Source: a bacterium
GTDB taxonomy: Bacteria > Patescibacteriota > Minisyncoccia > Phycocordibacterales > UBA6899
DNA length: 64,000 nt
Direction: 5' to 3'
Assembly (NCBI GenBank): GCA_043756865.1
Contig: JAYUQG010000019.1
Location: forward strand, 101,467 to 165,466
The notes under the pieces are model-generated. The model searched no databases. It was not told the origin of the DNA and saw only the letters and a program-made list of their open reading frames with translations. The translations under genes were made by a program, and so were the position numbers. Below, piece after piece: positions 18,119-28,291 of this stretch. Position 1 is the stretch's first letter. Each line of letters opens with the position of its first letter.

Positions 18119-18880
18119 ATGTCTTCTCAAAACGAAACTGCAGACACTTTTCGCTTGCTGAAATTAATGCTTAGCGTGCTCACCGTTGTGCTGCTTCTCT
18201 TTATTATTTTCATCTGGAATTCACCTAAACAGACAGCACAAACAGAGCTGGTGGCACCCAGTATCGCAACAAGTACAGTTGACACTTCTGTGCCGGCCAC
18301 CACCACCACCACCACCACCTTGCGAGACCCAGAGCTAATAATTGTTGCATTTGGGGACAGTATTACTGCGGGTTACGGCCTCGCTATTTCTGAAGCGTAT
18401 CCGCAAATTTTACAGAGTAAGCTGCGTGCAGAAAAGAAAAATGTAACTGTGGTCAATGCGGGAGTAACTGGTGAAACAAGTGCCGGTGGACTAAGGCGTG
18501 CAGAGTTCATTGTGGCACAAAAGCCCGATATTGTTATCCTCGCACTTGGTGGAAACGATGTATTGCGCGGCATACCACCTGCTTCGGTGAAAGAAAACCT
18601 TGGCGGGATAATCACCATCTTTCAGCAAGCAAATATCCGTGTCATCTTGGCGGGGATGAGAGCCCCCACTAATTTGGGGCCAACCTATGTTGCTGAGTTC
18701 GATGCAATTTACCCCGCACTTGCGCGCAAGCACTCTCTTGCTCTCGTTCCTTTTCTTCTTCAGAATGTTGCACTTGTGCCAAATATGAACCAACCCGATG
18801 GAATACACCCAAATAGTCTTGGTGTAAAAATTATCGTTGAGCAGAATATTTTGCCCGTACTACTACCGCTCCTCGACTAG
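18119..18880 (+). CDS. tesA: Arylesterase / acyl-CoA thioesterase I (SGNH hydrolase) with N-terminal anchor
   Basis: FGDSITAG, NAGVTG, LGGND, DGIHPN; divergent from ybbA/ybbP-like genes. Confidence 0.88.
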   Translation: MSSQNETADTFRLLKLMLSVLTVVLLLFIIFIWNSPKQTAQTELVAPSIATSTVDTSVPATTTTTTTLRDPELIIVAFGDSITAGYGLAISEAYPQILQSKLRAEKKNVTVVNAGVTGETSAGGLRRAEFIVAQKPDIVILALGGNDVLRGIPPASVKENLGGIITIFQQANIRVILAGMRAPTNLGPTYVAEFDAIYPALARKHSLALVPFLLQNVALVPNMNQPDGIHPNSLGVKIIVEQNILPVLLPLLD

Positions 18881-18903
18881 TGGCGCGCAACGGGAGATAC
18901 GCT

Positions 18904-20322
18904 CTAAACTGTTTGTATGACCAGCGCATTGGTGCCTCCTCTCCGGTCGAAGGGGATGCCAGCGACCAGCAGAAATACGTCGCCTTTTTGTGCGAGTTTT
19001 GCGCGCACGAGTTCTCTCCGCGCCAATGTAAGCGCGTCGGTGATGTTGTGTACACTTTTTGTCATACTTGCTGAAATCCCGTAGGTGAGTGCGAGCTGAC
19101 GATGTGTCTCTGCAATATGCGTTAGCGCCAATATCGGAGCACTGGGTTTGTGTCGCGACACCATGCGCGGAGTGAACCCCGATTCTGTCAGTGCGACGAT
19201 GGCCACTGCGCCTGAAGTTAGTATACTCTGTGCTACCGCTGAGGATACCGTGTCGACAACACCAATCGCCGCTCCTCGGTGCCGAACTACCTCATCCCGA
19301 TAAAGCTGACTTTGTTCCGTGTGGAGCGCAATGGAGGCCATTGTGGCAACCACATGCACAGGGTCAACCCCGATTGAGGTCTCCTGAGAAAGCATCACCG
19401 CGTCTGTGCCGTCGAAGATTGCATTTGCAACATCGTTAATTTCCGCGCGTGTGGGTGTGGATTCAGTAGTCATGGAATCGAGCATCTGTGTTGCGGTAAT
19501 TACCGTCTTTCCCGCGACGTTAGCTGCGCGGATGATACGCTTCTGAGCGAGCGGCACATCAGCGCGGTCTATCTCGACTGCCAAGTCACCCCGCGCAACC
19601 ATGACTCCTCGAGCAGCATGAATAATTTCTTCGATACGGTCCATTGCACCGCTTGTTTCAATTTTTGCAATAATCCCAGCACTGGACTTTTTCTCGATGA
19701 GTATATTGCGGAGCTTAAGTACATCCCTTTCGTGTCGCACAAACGAGAGTGCGAAAAAATCGACTCCTTGTGCTACACCGAAGTTAATATCCCGCATATC
19801 TTTTGCGCTGATTGCAGAAATGGAAAGCTTGGCGCTCGGAACATTCACCCCGCGTCGGCCACGTATCGTGCCACCAATTTCCACTCGGGTTTCGATTTCA
19901 GTACCGCGCACACGCTCTACGCAGAGCGACAGCTTGCCGTCATCCAGCAGCAAGTGCATGCCCTTACTGACTTCGCGGGGGAGTGCTTTGTAGTTCACGC
20001 TTACCATCCGTGTGTCACCGCGCATTTGTTTTGTTGTGAGTGTAAACAGCTGCCCCTTCTTGAGCGTAACCATTTCTTCAGTAAAATCGCCTATACGGAT
20101 TTTTGGGCCACTCAAGTCCAGCAATATCGCAACGTTGGCATGTTCCTTTTTTGCAGCGCTGCGCACTTCTTGTATCTGTGCAAGGTATTCTCCTTGTGTT
20201 CCATGCGAGCAGTTAATACGCGCGACATTCATTCCCGCCTTTATCATTTTGCGCATTGTAGACTCAGTCATTGTTGCAGGACCCAGCGTTGCAACAATCT
20301 TTGTTTTCTTTTGATAATTCAT
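18904..20322 (-). CDS. pyk: Pyruvate kinase
   Basis: TKIVATLGPA, RINCSHG, IAKIET, MVARGDL, ATQMLDSM, PTRAE. Confidence 0.97.
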   Translation of the reverse strand: MNYQKKTKIVATLGPATMTESTMRKMIKAGMNVARINCSHGTQGEYLAQIQEVRSAAKKEHANVAILLDLSGPKIRIGDFTEEMVTLKKGQLFTLTTKQMRGDTRMVSVNYKALPREVSKGMHLLLDDGKLSLCVERVRGTEIETRVEIGGTIRGRRGVNVPSAKLSISAISAKDMRDINFGVAQGVDFFALSFVRHERDVLKLRNILIEKKSSAGIIAKIETSGAMDRIEEIIHAARGVMVARGDLAVEIDRADVPLAQKRIIRAANVAGKTVITATQMLDSMTTESTPTRAEINDVANAIFDGTDAVMLSQETSIGVDPVHVVATMASIALHTEQSQLYRDEVVRHRGAAIGVVDTVSSAVAQSILTSGAVAIVALTESGFTPRMVSRHKPSAPILALTHIAETHRQLALTYGISASMTKSVHNITDALTLARRELVRAKLAQKGDVFLLVAGIPFDRRGGTNALVIQTV

Positions 20323-21096
20323 CCAGCCATCATACTTTTTTATATTGAATTTTCAATCGCTCATTATGCGCAATTGTACACAATCGCATAATTCGCCTCT
20401 TGACGAGTAATCTGATTGCTATGTGTAATATTTTTTTACTAAACAGGGGTTATTTGTTTTCAATGCACAGAAAAGGAGTAGGCCGAGGAAAGACAGTAGC
20501 GTTCTTACACAACCAAGGAGTTGGGCATGATTCCAATCATGCTGGATCCCAAGGGATACCCTCGGCCGATGCTTGTGTGCAGCGGTGGTATATCACTGAA
20601 TGGGGAGTGGCGCTTCGCGTTCAACAATATTGGCTGCGTTCCAATCCGCGTCGTTCAATGACACCGACAATCGGGTCAGAGTTTTCGAATTCTGTGCTGA
20701 TGATTCCTTCATGCACACCATTTCCTTGGTCAGGTCAACGCGTCCTCTCGAGTAGTTCCCTAAAGAGGGAATTGCGTGCAAGTGCGTAATACCCAACTCA
20801 AGTTTTTTTGCGGCTTTATCTATTTCACTTTTGGTTAACAAGGAGCGCATACCTAAGTCAAAATGTGCGCTTATTTTTTGAAACCGCAACGAATAACAAC
20901 ACGTTTTCTGTATGTCGCAATCATGTGGAGAGGATATATTCTATTAAACACATTGCGTCCATCGTAAGTGAGTACAATGTCTGTAATAATTTCCATTGCT
21001 AAACGGCATAAGTACTAATGGGCTCTAGGCACGCCGTATTATCTCGGAGCAGTGTAGGTGCACACGAGGTGCACAACGTGTTAAATTAAAGAAATC

Positions 21097-21885
21097 ATGA
21101 AACAAACACAAATTTACATCATACTTGGAATACTTGCACTGTTATTTATCGGACTTTTCTTGGCCATCCCAAAAGAGCCTGAACTCTCAGAGCCAAACAT
21201 AGCTGCGTGTACTAAGGAGGCGAAAATTTGTCCTGACGGTAGTGCAGTAGGACGCACGGGCACCATCTGCGCATTTGCAACGTGCCCATCATTGGCAGCT
21301 ACATCCACCCCCGATATGCCAAAAGTTGTTGCGTACGGTGACGTGATGCTGTTCGCAGGGGAGACTGCCAACTTTCCCGACGTCGCACTTACGCTACTGC
21401 GCGTAACCGAAGACAGTCGCTGTGCTACTGATGTCACTTGTATTTGGGCAGGTACACTGAAAGCAGAGTTTCAACTTGTCACCCCCCAAATGAAAAGCAC
21501 CTCTACGATTGAGCTCAACAAATCCATTACTGTAGGAGGGTTTGTAGTCTCACTTACTGGTGTAGCTCCCTATCCAAAATCTTTAACTCAAATTACCCCC
21601 GACGCTTATCGCCTCACGATGAAAGTAGAAAAGGTGGGCAGCACAAATCCAAAACCAACAGCGACATCTACTGCCCCGAAACCTACTCAAGCAGGATGTT
21701 ATGTAGGGGGTTGCTCGGGAGAAATTTGTTCCGACAAACCAGACATTGTTTCCACCTGCATGTATCGAGAAGAATACGCATGTTACCGTAGCGCCACCTG
21801 TGCGCGTCAGACTAGCGGTGCATGTGGCTGGACTGAAACTCCTGCCCTCAAGGCGTGCCTCATGAATCCGACACAAGCGCAATAA
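21097..21885 (+). CDS. Membrane-anchored Cys-rich protein with C-terminal eight-cysteine cluster
   Basis: CTKEAKICPDGS, DSRC...CIWAG, CYVGGCSGEICS...CGW. Confidence 0.8.
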   Translation: MKQTQIYIILGILALLFIGLFLAIPKEPELSEPNIAACTKEAKICPDGSAVGRTGTICAFATCPSLAATSTPDMPKVVAYGDVMLFAGETANFPDVALTLLRVTEDSRCATDVTCIWAGTLKAEFQLVTPQMKSTSTIELNKSITVGGFVVSLTGVAPYPKSLTQITPDAYRLTMKVEKVGSTNPKPTATSTAPKPTQAGCYVGGCSGEICSDKPDIVSTCMYREEYACYRSATCARQTSGACGWTETPALKACLMNPTQAQ

Positions 21886-22069
21886 ATATTTTTTAGCGTG
21901 TTTTCAGAGCGAATACGCCAGAAAAAACACGCCGATGTGGGCGTGGTTGATAAATAAGTTGTAAGAAGGTGGTGAAGTGACCACTGGCCTAGGATGGGGC
22001 TTTCAATATAGGCGAGCATTCCATGTGCGCACAAGTCATTGAGATGTGCAGCCTCTAATTTACTAAAAA

Positions 22070-22621
22070 TTACTTTTTTCCAAACAATTTACGGAAACCC
22101 TTGAGTATTGGTCCAGCATCATTCATTTTTGTTTTCGCATCTTGGGCTGCCAAACTGGCAGTATGTCTCGCGTTGCGGTACTGGTTTACTGCTGTGGCTA
22201 GTTTTTGCGCATCACCGCTCTCAATAGCTGACGCAATTTCGGGCGTATCATACTCTCCCGTCTTACCAATCTCATCAACCATTTGCCGCACAATTCCAGG
22301 GCGTGCTTCATCGGTGCTGTACATGAGGTCACCATATAAATTTCCGACTTTTGCATCAGCGTTACGTTTTGACGCGCTTACCTCCTCTTCAGTTGGTGGG
22401 ATCTCAGATGCTGCTTCGAAATTGCTTAATATCGCTGATTTAAGGTCCCCTTCAAGCTCTGCCACTTCTTGCGCATGAGACACTTCCGCGGCTACTGCGG
22501 AATCATTCGCTTCGGCGATATTTGCTTCCATGGCGGCAGCAGCTTCTGCTTCGCCTTCCGCATTCACGTCGGCGGGAGAGGTCTCTCCGTCTTCGCCCAA
22601 CTTTTCTGTTTCTGGATTCAT
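22070..22621 (-). CDS. Acidic Ala/Glu-rich hypothetical protein
   Basis: ORF; ATG is 7 nt after TACAAT on the minus strand. Confidence 0.7.
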   Translation of the reverse strand: MNPETEKLGEDGETSPADVNAEGEAEAAAAMEANIAEANDSAVAAEVSHAQEVAELEGDLKSAILSNFEAASEIPPTEEEVSASKRNADAKVGNLYGDLMYSTDEARPGIVRQMVDEIGKTGEYDTPEIASAIESGDAQKLATAVNQYRNARHTASLAAQDAKTKMNDAGPILKGFRKLFGKK

Positions 22622-22729
22622 AAATATAATTGTAACCATAAAAGCATTTTTCGCAAGCATTTTAAAGTGCCACATGTGTCCTCAATTCGACTGCTTGATA
22701 CTCGTCATTCGATACTCTATACTCACCCT

Positions 22730-23827
22730 ATGTCATTATCTGTAGGTATCGTGGGACTTCCCAACGTGGGGAAATCGACTCTCTTTAAAGCGCTTACGAA
22801 AAAGGCTGTGCTTATTGCGAATTACCCATTTGCAACAATCGACCCATCAGTCGGAGTCGTTGAGGTGCCCGATGAGCGCCTGAAGACGCTCAGCGATTTT
22901 TCGCATTCTAAGAAAACGGTTCCCGCCATTGTGGAATTCGTCGACATCGCGGGGCTCGTAAAGGGTGCGTCAGAAGGTGAAGGTCTCGGAAATAAATTCC
23001 TCGCAAATATCCGCGAAACTGATGCAATTGGCGAAGTGGTGCGTATTTTTGACGACTCTGACATCATCCATGTCGATGGCAAAATCGACCCACTTTCTGA
23101 CGTAATTACCATCAACCTCGAACTCACTATCGCCGACCTTCAAACCGTAGAAAAACGGACTGACTCGATAGTGCGCGATGTAAAGCGGGGCGACAAGGAC
23201 GCAGCGAAAGAACACGCAGTCTTGGTGAAGCTACTCGCTGTACTAGAAAAGGGTGAAATGGCAAGCCGTGCAGTACTCGATGCAGAAGAACGCATGGTCG
23301 CAAAAAGCTTGAATCTCATGACCATCAAGCCAATTCTCTATATCCTAAACAAAAAAGCTGGAGCGAAAAATCTCGATGAAATAAATGACGAGCGTTATCA
23401 AAAACTTATTGCCTACTTCAAGGAGAATGGTGACCAGTATGTTATTGTCGATGCAAAAATCGAAGAAGAGTTAAGTGAGTTTGAGGGGGATGAAAAGAAA
23501 ATGTTTGCCAAAGAACTCGGTGCAAAAGGAGACGGTATAGACGACCTTATTGTTGCGGCATACAAACTTCTCGGACTTATGACCTACTTCACGACAGGCG
23601 AAGACGAGACACGGGCATGGACAATCAAAGTCGGATCAACTGCACCCGTTGCAGGTATGGCCATTCATACTGATTTCAAAGAAAAGTTTATCCGTGCAGA
23701 AGTGGTCAACTGGAAGGCACTCCTCGAGGCTGGTTCTTACGGAGCGGCACGCGAAAAAGGCCTCGTGAAGACAGAAGGGAAGGAATATATCGTCAAAGAG
23801 GGGGATGTCATCGAGTTTAAGATATAA
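22730..23827 (+). CDS. ychF: Ribosome-binding ATPase YchF
   Basis: GIVGLPNVGKST, NYPFATIDP, DIAGLVKGAS, EGKEYIV; start ATG 22730. Confidence 0.97.
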   Translation: MSLSVGIVGLPNVGKSTLFKALTKKAVLIANYPFATIDPSVGVVEVPDERLKTLSDFSHSKKTVPAIVEFVDIAGLVKGASEGEGLGNKFLANIRETDAIGEVVRIFDDSDIIHVDGKIDPLSDVITINLELTIADLQTVEKRTDSIVRDVKRGDKDAAKEHAVLVKLLAVLEKGEMASRAVLDAEERMVAKSLNLMTIKPILYILNKKAGAKNLDEINDERYQKLIAYFKENGDQYVIVDAKIEEELSEFEGDEKKMFAKELGAKGDGIDDLIVAAYKLLGLMTYFTTGEDETRAWTIKVGSTAPVAGMAIHTDFKEKFIRAEVVNWKALLEAGSYGAAREKGLVKTEGKEYIVKEGDVIEFKI

Positions 23828-23867
23828 GGTGTCTAAAAATAAACCCCGCGTATTTGCGAGGTGAGAA

Positions 23868-24104
23868 TTAGCCTTGGTTGCGAGCTCTACTTTCTTTGGG
23901 CGGCTTCTGTCTTCCCGCAATGCGCTTTGCCCAGTCGGCGAATTCACGAGCGCTGGTGTTCTGCGCGTTAGTGCTTGCGCCTTCTGCAAAGACCACTTGG
24001 ACGGGGTGCCCCTGCGCGTTTTGAGACAAACTGACGATGGTTCGCGTCGTGTTCTTCTTGTGACCCTCATACGATTTGCCTGTTTCGAGTTCAGTTACCT
24101 TCAT
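23868..24104 (-). CDS. Small hypothetical protein
   Basis: 78 aa; SD-like aaggt; TTGTGC-N17-TATCGT upstream on the minus strand. Confidence 0.6.
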   Translation of the reverse strand: MKVTELETGKSYEGHKKNTTRTIVSLSQNAQGHPVQVVFAEGASTNAQNTSAREFADWAKRIAGRQKPPKESRARNQG

Positions 24105-24178
24105 GTTCTACCTTTCAGTGAATACCAGTTTGCTACGATAACTCAAAAATGTTTTCTGCACAAGGTTAAGTAAGTATG

Positions 24179-24275
24179 GTGGCTCAATCAATACCCGCGC
24201 GAAGCGCCTGCATTGGCGCGCAGTGCAGGAAAGTAAGTCTTCGAGCGACAAATGCCAAATAGTGGGGCTTTTTGT
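24179..24275. repeat. Dispersed structured element, copy 2
   Basis: Homologous to 5095-5205. Confidence 0.75.
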
Positions 24276-24320
24276 TTGTTTATACTTTTTATCCTGCAAA
24301 TTCACGTACAAAGAAGTTCA

Positions 24321-24346
24321 GCCCACGAAACCTTGGTTTCGTGGGC
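24321..24346 (-). terminator. Hairpin terminator after the 35-aa ORF
   Basis: gcccacgaaacc-tt-ggtttcgtgggc. Confidence 0.65.
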
Positions 24347-24366
24347 TGTATTGTCGGGGGAGATGT

Positions 24367-24474
24367 TCACTCGCCCCGCAGGTGTTCGTCAGCGTTGCCG
24401 AAGACGATGCGGCCGATGCCCATAAAGCAGAGCAAGAGGGCGGTCATGAAGAAATCCTCGATTACTTTGGTCAT
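24367..24474 (-). CDS. 35-aa hydrophobic peptide (not in ORF track)
   Basis: MTKVIEDFFMTALLLCFMGIGRIVFGNADEHLRGE; SD aaggag; TTTACA-N17-TATAAT promoter; downstream hairpin. Confidence 0.65.
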   Translation of the reverse strand: MTKVIEDFFMTALLLCFMGIGRIVFGNADEHLRGE

Positions 24475-24608
24475 TTCAGCTCCTTCGGGTTGATGAACGA
24501 ATTACGTTTTTATTATAGCATGTTCACAACTTATTGTAAATAGCTTCATTATTTACAATTGTTGATAAAAGAAAAAGCCCCAAGGGGCATTTGTTTTTGA
24601 GAGAAGGG

Positions 24609-24818
24609 TCAGTCTTGTCGTAAGTCGTACCAGAACCAGATCGACACGATGACTGCCGAAATTCCTGAGAGGTACAGGTACCACCGAAATTCGGTCCAGA
24701 GTATGTACACCGCACTCCCAGCGAGTGCGAGCGTGCACATGAGCACCATGAGGCTTGTCAGCAACTCTACATACGGGTTGTGGCGGATCCATTCCGCCAA
24801 ATCATCTTTGCGGGACAT
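24609..24818 (-). CDS. Small 2-TM membrane protein
   Basis: 69 aa with two hydrophobic segments; 9 nt downstream of the previous ORF. Confidence 0.6.
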   Translation of the reverse strand: MSRKDDLAEWIRHNPYVELLTSLMVLMCTLALAGSAVYILWTEFRWYLYLSGISAVIVSIWFWYDLRQD

Positions 24819-24827
24819 GGCACACCC

Positions 24828-25025
24828 CTAGTTGTACGGCGTGTAATTGGGGTCGGACATCGCCCGCTTCGCGATGTTCTCGGCGTGATCGTCGAGCGTA
24901 CCGCCATGATCGGAATGCGTGTCCTTCTCTGGGAGCACCGGCGGCTTCCTGAAGTGGAAGTAGGCTGCCCCCGCAAGTAGGGCAATGAGTGCAATCATTC
25001 CCCACATGATGTAATGCGCGTTCAT
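24828..25025 (-). CDS. Small single-TM protein
   Basis: 65 aa; SD ggag; N-terminal TM. Confidence 0.6.
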   Translation of the reverse strand: MNAHYIMWGMIALIALLAGAAYFHFRKPPVLPEKDTHSDHGGTLDDHAENIAKRAMSDPNYTPYN

Positions 25026-25233
25026 GTTTTCTCCAGTCTAAATGTTAGGTACTCGCCAAAAGTCGAAGCGGCGCTTCGCCTTGACAACTCTGAAATCTTG
25101 ATGAGTTCTATCATGTTTCATTCATGTTGTAAATAAGTACAGAGTTCAGCATGCACGTACCCGACACCAACAACTGAGATACTGCCCACACTATTGCGAA
25201 TCAAAGGTGAATTGGCATATTATGAGTAGCTAA

Positions 25234-28125
25234 ATGAAGGAATACGACCCAAGCAAAATAGAAAAGAAGTGGCAGAAAGACTGGGGCACTATGGGTGCGT
25301 TTCGCACCACAGAAGACCCCACAAAGCCAAAGTGCTATGTACTCGACATGTTTCCGTACCCCTCCGGTGACGGCTTGCACGTTGGTCACCCGAAGGGATA
25401 CATCGCGACGGATGTGTACTCACGATACAAGCACATGATGGGTCACGACATTCTTCATCCCATGGGCTGGGATGCGTTTGGGCTACCCGCAGAGCAGTAT
25501 GCTATCAAGAACAAAGTGCATCCAAGAATTGCCGTTGAGAAAAATGTTGCGCGCTTCAAAGACCAACTTTCACATCTCGGATTCAACTACGATTGGTCAC
25601 GTGAAGTGAATACCACTGACCCGAGTTTCTATAAATGGACACAGTGGATTTTTAAACAGCTGTACAAAAAAGGCCTCGCGTACGAGAGCTTTGAGCCTAT
25701 CAATTGGTGCCCCGTCGACAAGACAGGACTTTCCAATGAAGACCTTGAAAATGGGAAGTGTGAACGGTGTGGTAGTCCTGTAGAAAAAAAAGCAATCCGA
25801 CAATGGGTGCTCAAGATTACTGCGTATGCAGACCGGATGCTTGCCGATTTAGATGGACTTAACTGGCCCGAGCATATCAAGGAGAGTCAGCGCAATTGGA
25901 TTGGCAAAAGTGAAGGCGCTGAAATTGAGTTTACACTTTCGGGATTTTCCGGACAGGACGACGGAACGCACAAGGTCAAAGTATTCACCACCCGTCCCGA
26001 TACGCTCTTCGGTGCAACCTACCTCGCTATTTCAGCAGAACTCGCACGCAAGTGGCTTTCCATCGGATGGGAAACCGCCGATGCAGTCAAAAACTTTGTC
26101 GCCGAGCTTGAGCAAGAAGAAAAAGACGGGGCATTTGATTTCAAAGAAGTCGCTCTGAAAAAAGGGATAGACACGGGAATAATCGCAACTAATCCCGCAA
26201 ATGGTGCGAAGATTCCTGTCTGGATTGCGAATTACGTCCTTTCTGGCTATGGCACTGGAGCAATCATGGCCGTACCCGCGCACGACGAACGCGACAATGA
26301 GTTTGCAGCAAAGTACGGAATCCCCATTATTGACGTCATTGCCAAGAAATACGTCGGGGAAGGTATACATGCCGAGCGGACAGGCGTAGAAACGGTTACC
26401 CGAAAGGTTGTAGATCCAATACTCCGAGACAAAGAGGGTAACTTTTATCTCATCAAGGAGGACGAGGCTCATGTGCATTTCGCGGGTGGGGGAATCGATG
26501 AGGGGGAGAGTGATATAGAAGCGGCGGGACGCGAGATAACCGAAGAAACAGGATTCACTGACTTTACCATCGCAAGAAAAGTTGCTCCCTCTATTGCGTG
26601 TTTTGGATACCGCCACACGAGAAACAGAAACCAGCGCTCGCTTGGCACGACCTATGAAGTGGTACTCAACTCCGATGCGCGAGTGCACTGCGAAGTTGAT
26701 GAAGGAAAACACGAGTTGATAAAAGTGCGGGGCGAGCACATGCTCAGCACCATCACTTGGCCGCACCACCAGTATCTCTTTGCACAGTACTTAGAGAACA
26801 GCCCAGCATACACGGGGAGCGGTATACTTTTTAACTCTGGAAAATTTGACGGCATGGAGAGCGAAGAAGCCAAAGCAGCGATTACTGAGTTTGTCGGAGG
26901 AAAGCTCGTCTCACAGTACCGTTTGAAAGAATGGGTGTTTGCGCGACAACGTTATTGGGGCGAACCGTTTCCTGTTGTCTTCGACAGTGCGCGCAAACCA
27001 TATATGGTTGCAGACAGTGAACTACCAGTTGTGCTTCCCAACGTTGAGAGCTACGAACCCACCGATACGGGGGAGAGTCCGCTTGCAAATATACGCGAGT
27101 GGGTGGAAGTATGCGGGTACATCAACGCCGATAACGAATTTGTTTCCTGTGACAAAAGCGATGCGCGGGCAAGCCGTTTTGAGCGTGAGACAAATACCAT
27201 GCCACAGTGGGCAGGTTCTTCGTGGTACTACCTCCGCTATATCGACCCGACCAACGCCACGGCACTCGTTGACAAGGAAAAGGAGCGCATGTGGTCGCCT
27301 GTGGATTTTTATGTCGGTGGTGCAGAGCATGCGACACGGCATCTTATCTACGCGCGGTTTTGGCATAAATTCCTTTTTGATATTGGTGTAGTGAATTACC
27401 CCGAGCCGTTCTTGCGTTTGCAAAACGTCGGGCTCATTATGGCAGACGATGGAAGGAAAATGTCGAAACGCTACGGTAATGTCATCAACCCCGACGACGT
27501 AGTCGCGACATACGGAGCAGACTCACTACGTGTCTACGAAATGTTTATGGGGCCCTTCGACCAGTCGATTGCTTGGTCGACAGACAACATGATAGGTGCG
27601 CGCCGATTTATCGAACGAGTATGGAGGTCAGCGCAGCGGGTTAGCGCAGATGCACCGCTTGTAAAAGAAACCGAACTCTTGCTCCACCAGACTATTAAGA
27701 AAGTGGGCGAGGACATAGAAAGCTTCAGTTTTAATACGGCGATATCCCAACTCATGATACTCCAGAATCATCTCGAGAAACTCGAGCAAATTCCGAAGGA
27801 AGCATATATGACGCTGCTCAAACTCTTCGCACCTTTCGCACCCCACGTCACTGATGAGCTGTGGTCGTCTCAAGGAGAAACGGAAATACTCTACAATACC
27901 GCATGGCCAGTATTTGATGCGGAGAAGATGGTTTCAGATACACTCACAATTGCAATCCAAGTGAATGGCAAGCTTCGAGATACGTTCACAATTGCATCCG
28001 GAACCGATGAAGAATCCGTGAAAAATACCGCACTTTCCCGACCGTCAGTTGCGAAGTGGTTGGAAGGAAAAGCTCCAAAAAAAGTCATTTACGTCGCAGG
28101 TAAAATAGTCAATATTGTGTTTTAA
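25234..28125 (+). CDS. leuS: Leucine--tRNA ligase with inserted Nudix domain
   Basis: MFPYPSG, HVGH, TTRPDT, GTGAIMAVPAHD, KMSKR; Nudix box at 26488-26556. Confidence 0.96.
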   Translation: MKEYDPSKIEKKWQKDWGTMGAFRTTEDPTKPKCYVLDMFPYPSGDGLHVGHPKGYIATDVYSRYKHMMGHDILHPMGWDAFGLPAEQYAIKNKVHPRIAVEKNVARFKDQLSHLGFNYDWSREVNTTDPSFYKWTQWIFKQLYKKGLAYESFEPINWCPVDKTGLSNEDLENGKCERCGSPVEKKAIRQWVLKITAYADRMLADLDGLNWPEHIKESQRNWIGKSEGAEIEFTLSGFSGQDDGTHKVKVFTTRPDTLFGATYLAISAELARKWLSIGWETADAVKNFVAELEQEEKDGAFDFKEVALKKGIDTGIIATNPANGAKIPVWIANYVLSGYGTGAIMAVPAHDERDNEFAAKYGIPIIDVIAKKYVGEGIHAERTGVETVTRKVVDPILRDKEGNFYLIKEDEAHVHFAGGGIDEGESDIEAAGREITEETGFTDFTIARKVAPSIACFGYRHTRNRNQRSLGTTYEVVLNSDARVHCEVDEGKHELIKVRGEHMLSTITWPHHQYLFAQYLENSPAYTGSGILFNSGKFDGMESEEAKAAITEFVGGKLVSQYRLKEWVFARQRYWGEPFPVVFDSARKPYMVADSELPVVLPNVESYEPTDTGESPLANIREWVEVCGYINADNEFVSCDKSDARASRFERETNTMPQWAGSSWYYLRYIDPTNATALVDKEKERMWSPVDFYVGGAEHATRHLIYARFWHKFLFDIGVVNYPEPFLRLQNVGLIMADDGRKMSKRYGNVINPDDVVATYGADSLRVYEMFMGPFDQSIAWSTDNMIGARRFIERVWRSAQRVSADAPLVKETELLLHQTIKKVGEDIESFSFNTAISQLMILQNHLEKLEQIPKEAYMTLLKLFAPFAPHVTDELWSSQGETEILYNTAWPVFDAEKMVSDTLTIAIQVNGKLRDTFTIASGTDEESVKNTALSRPSVAKWLEGKAPKKVIYVAGKIVNIVF

Positions 28126-28291
28126 TGTGTGAGAGTAAAAAATACCATACAAACAAAGGGTTATTTGGCAGTGGAAAAACACCTCACAAGCACTTGACAT
28201 TGTTTGTTGTAATGCTAAAACTATAAATAACCGAGTATTGGAGGGAAACTGTCAATACCTGTTAATTATTTTTCGCGTTATTTTATTTCTT

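Noticed and set aside
18299-18319. (ACC)7 microsatellite as a phase switch
   Set aside because: In-frame poly-Thr linker; slippage would not change frame
22469-22729. N-terminal extensions in the ORF track (ychF; also 12448, 30589, 39996, 56902)
   Set aside because: They overlap neighbouring genes or promoters; family motifs start at downstream ATGs
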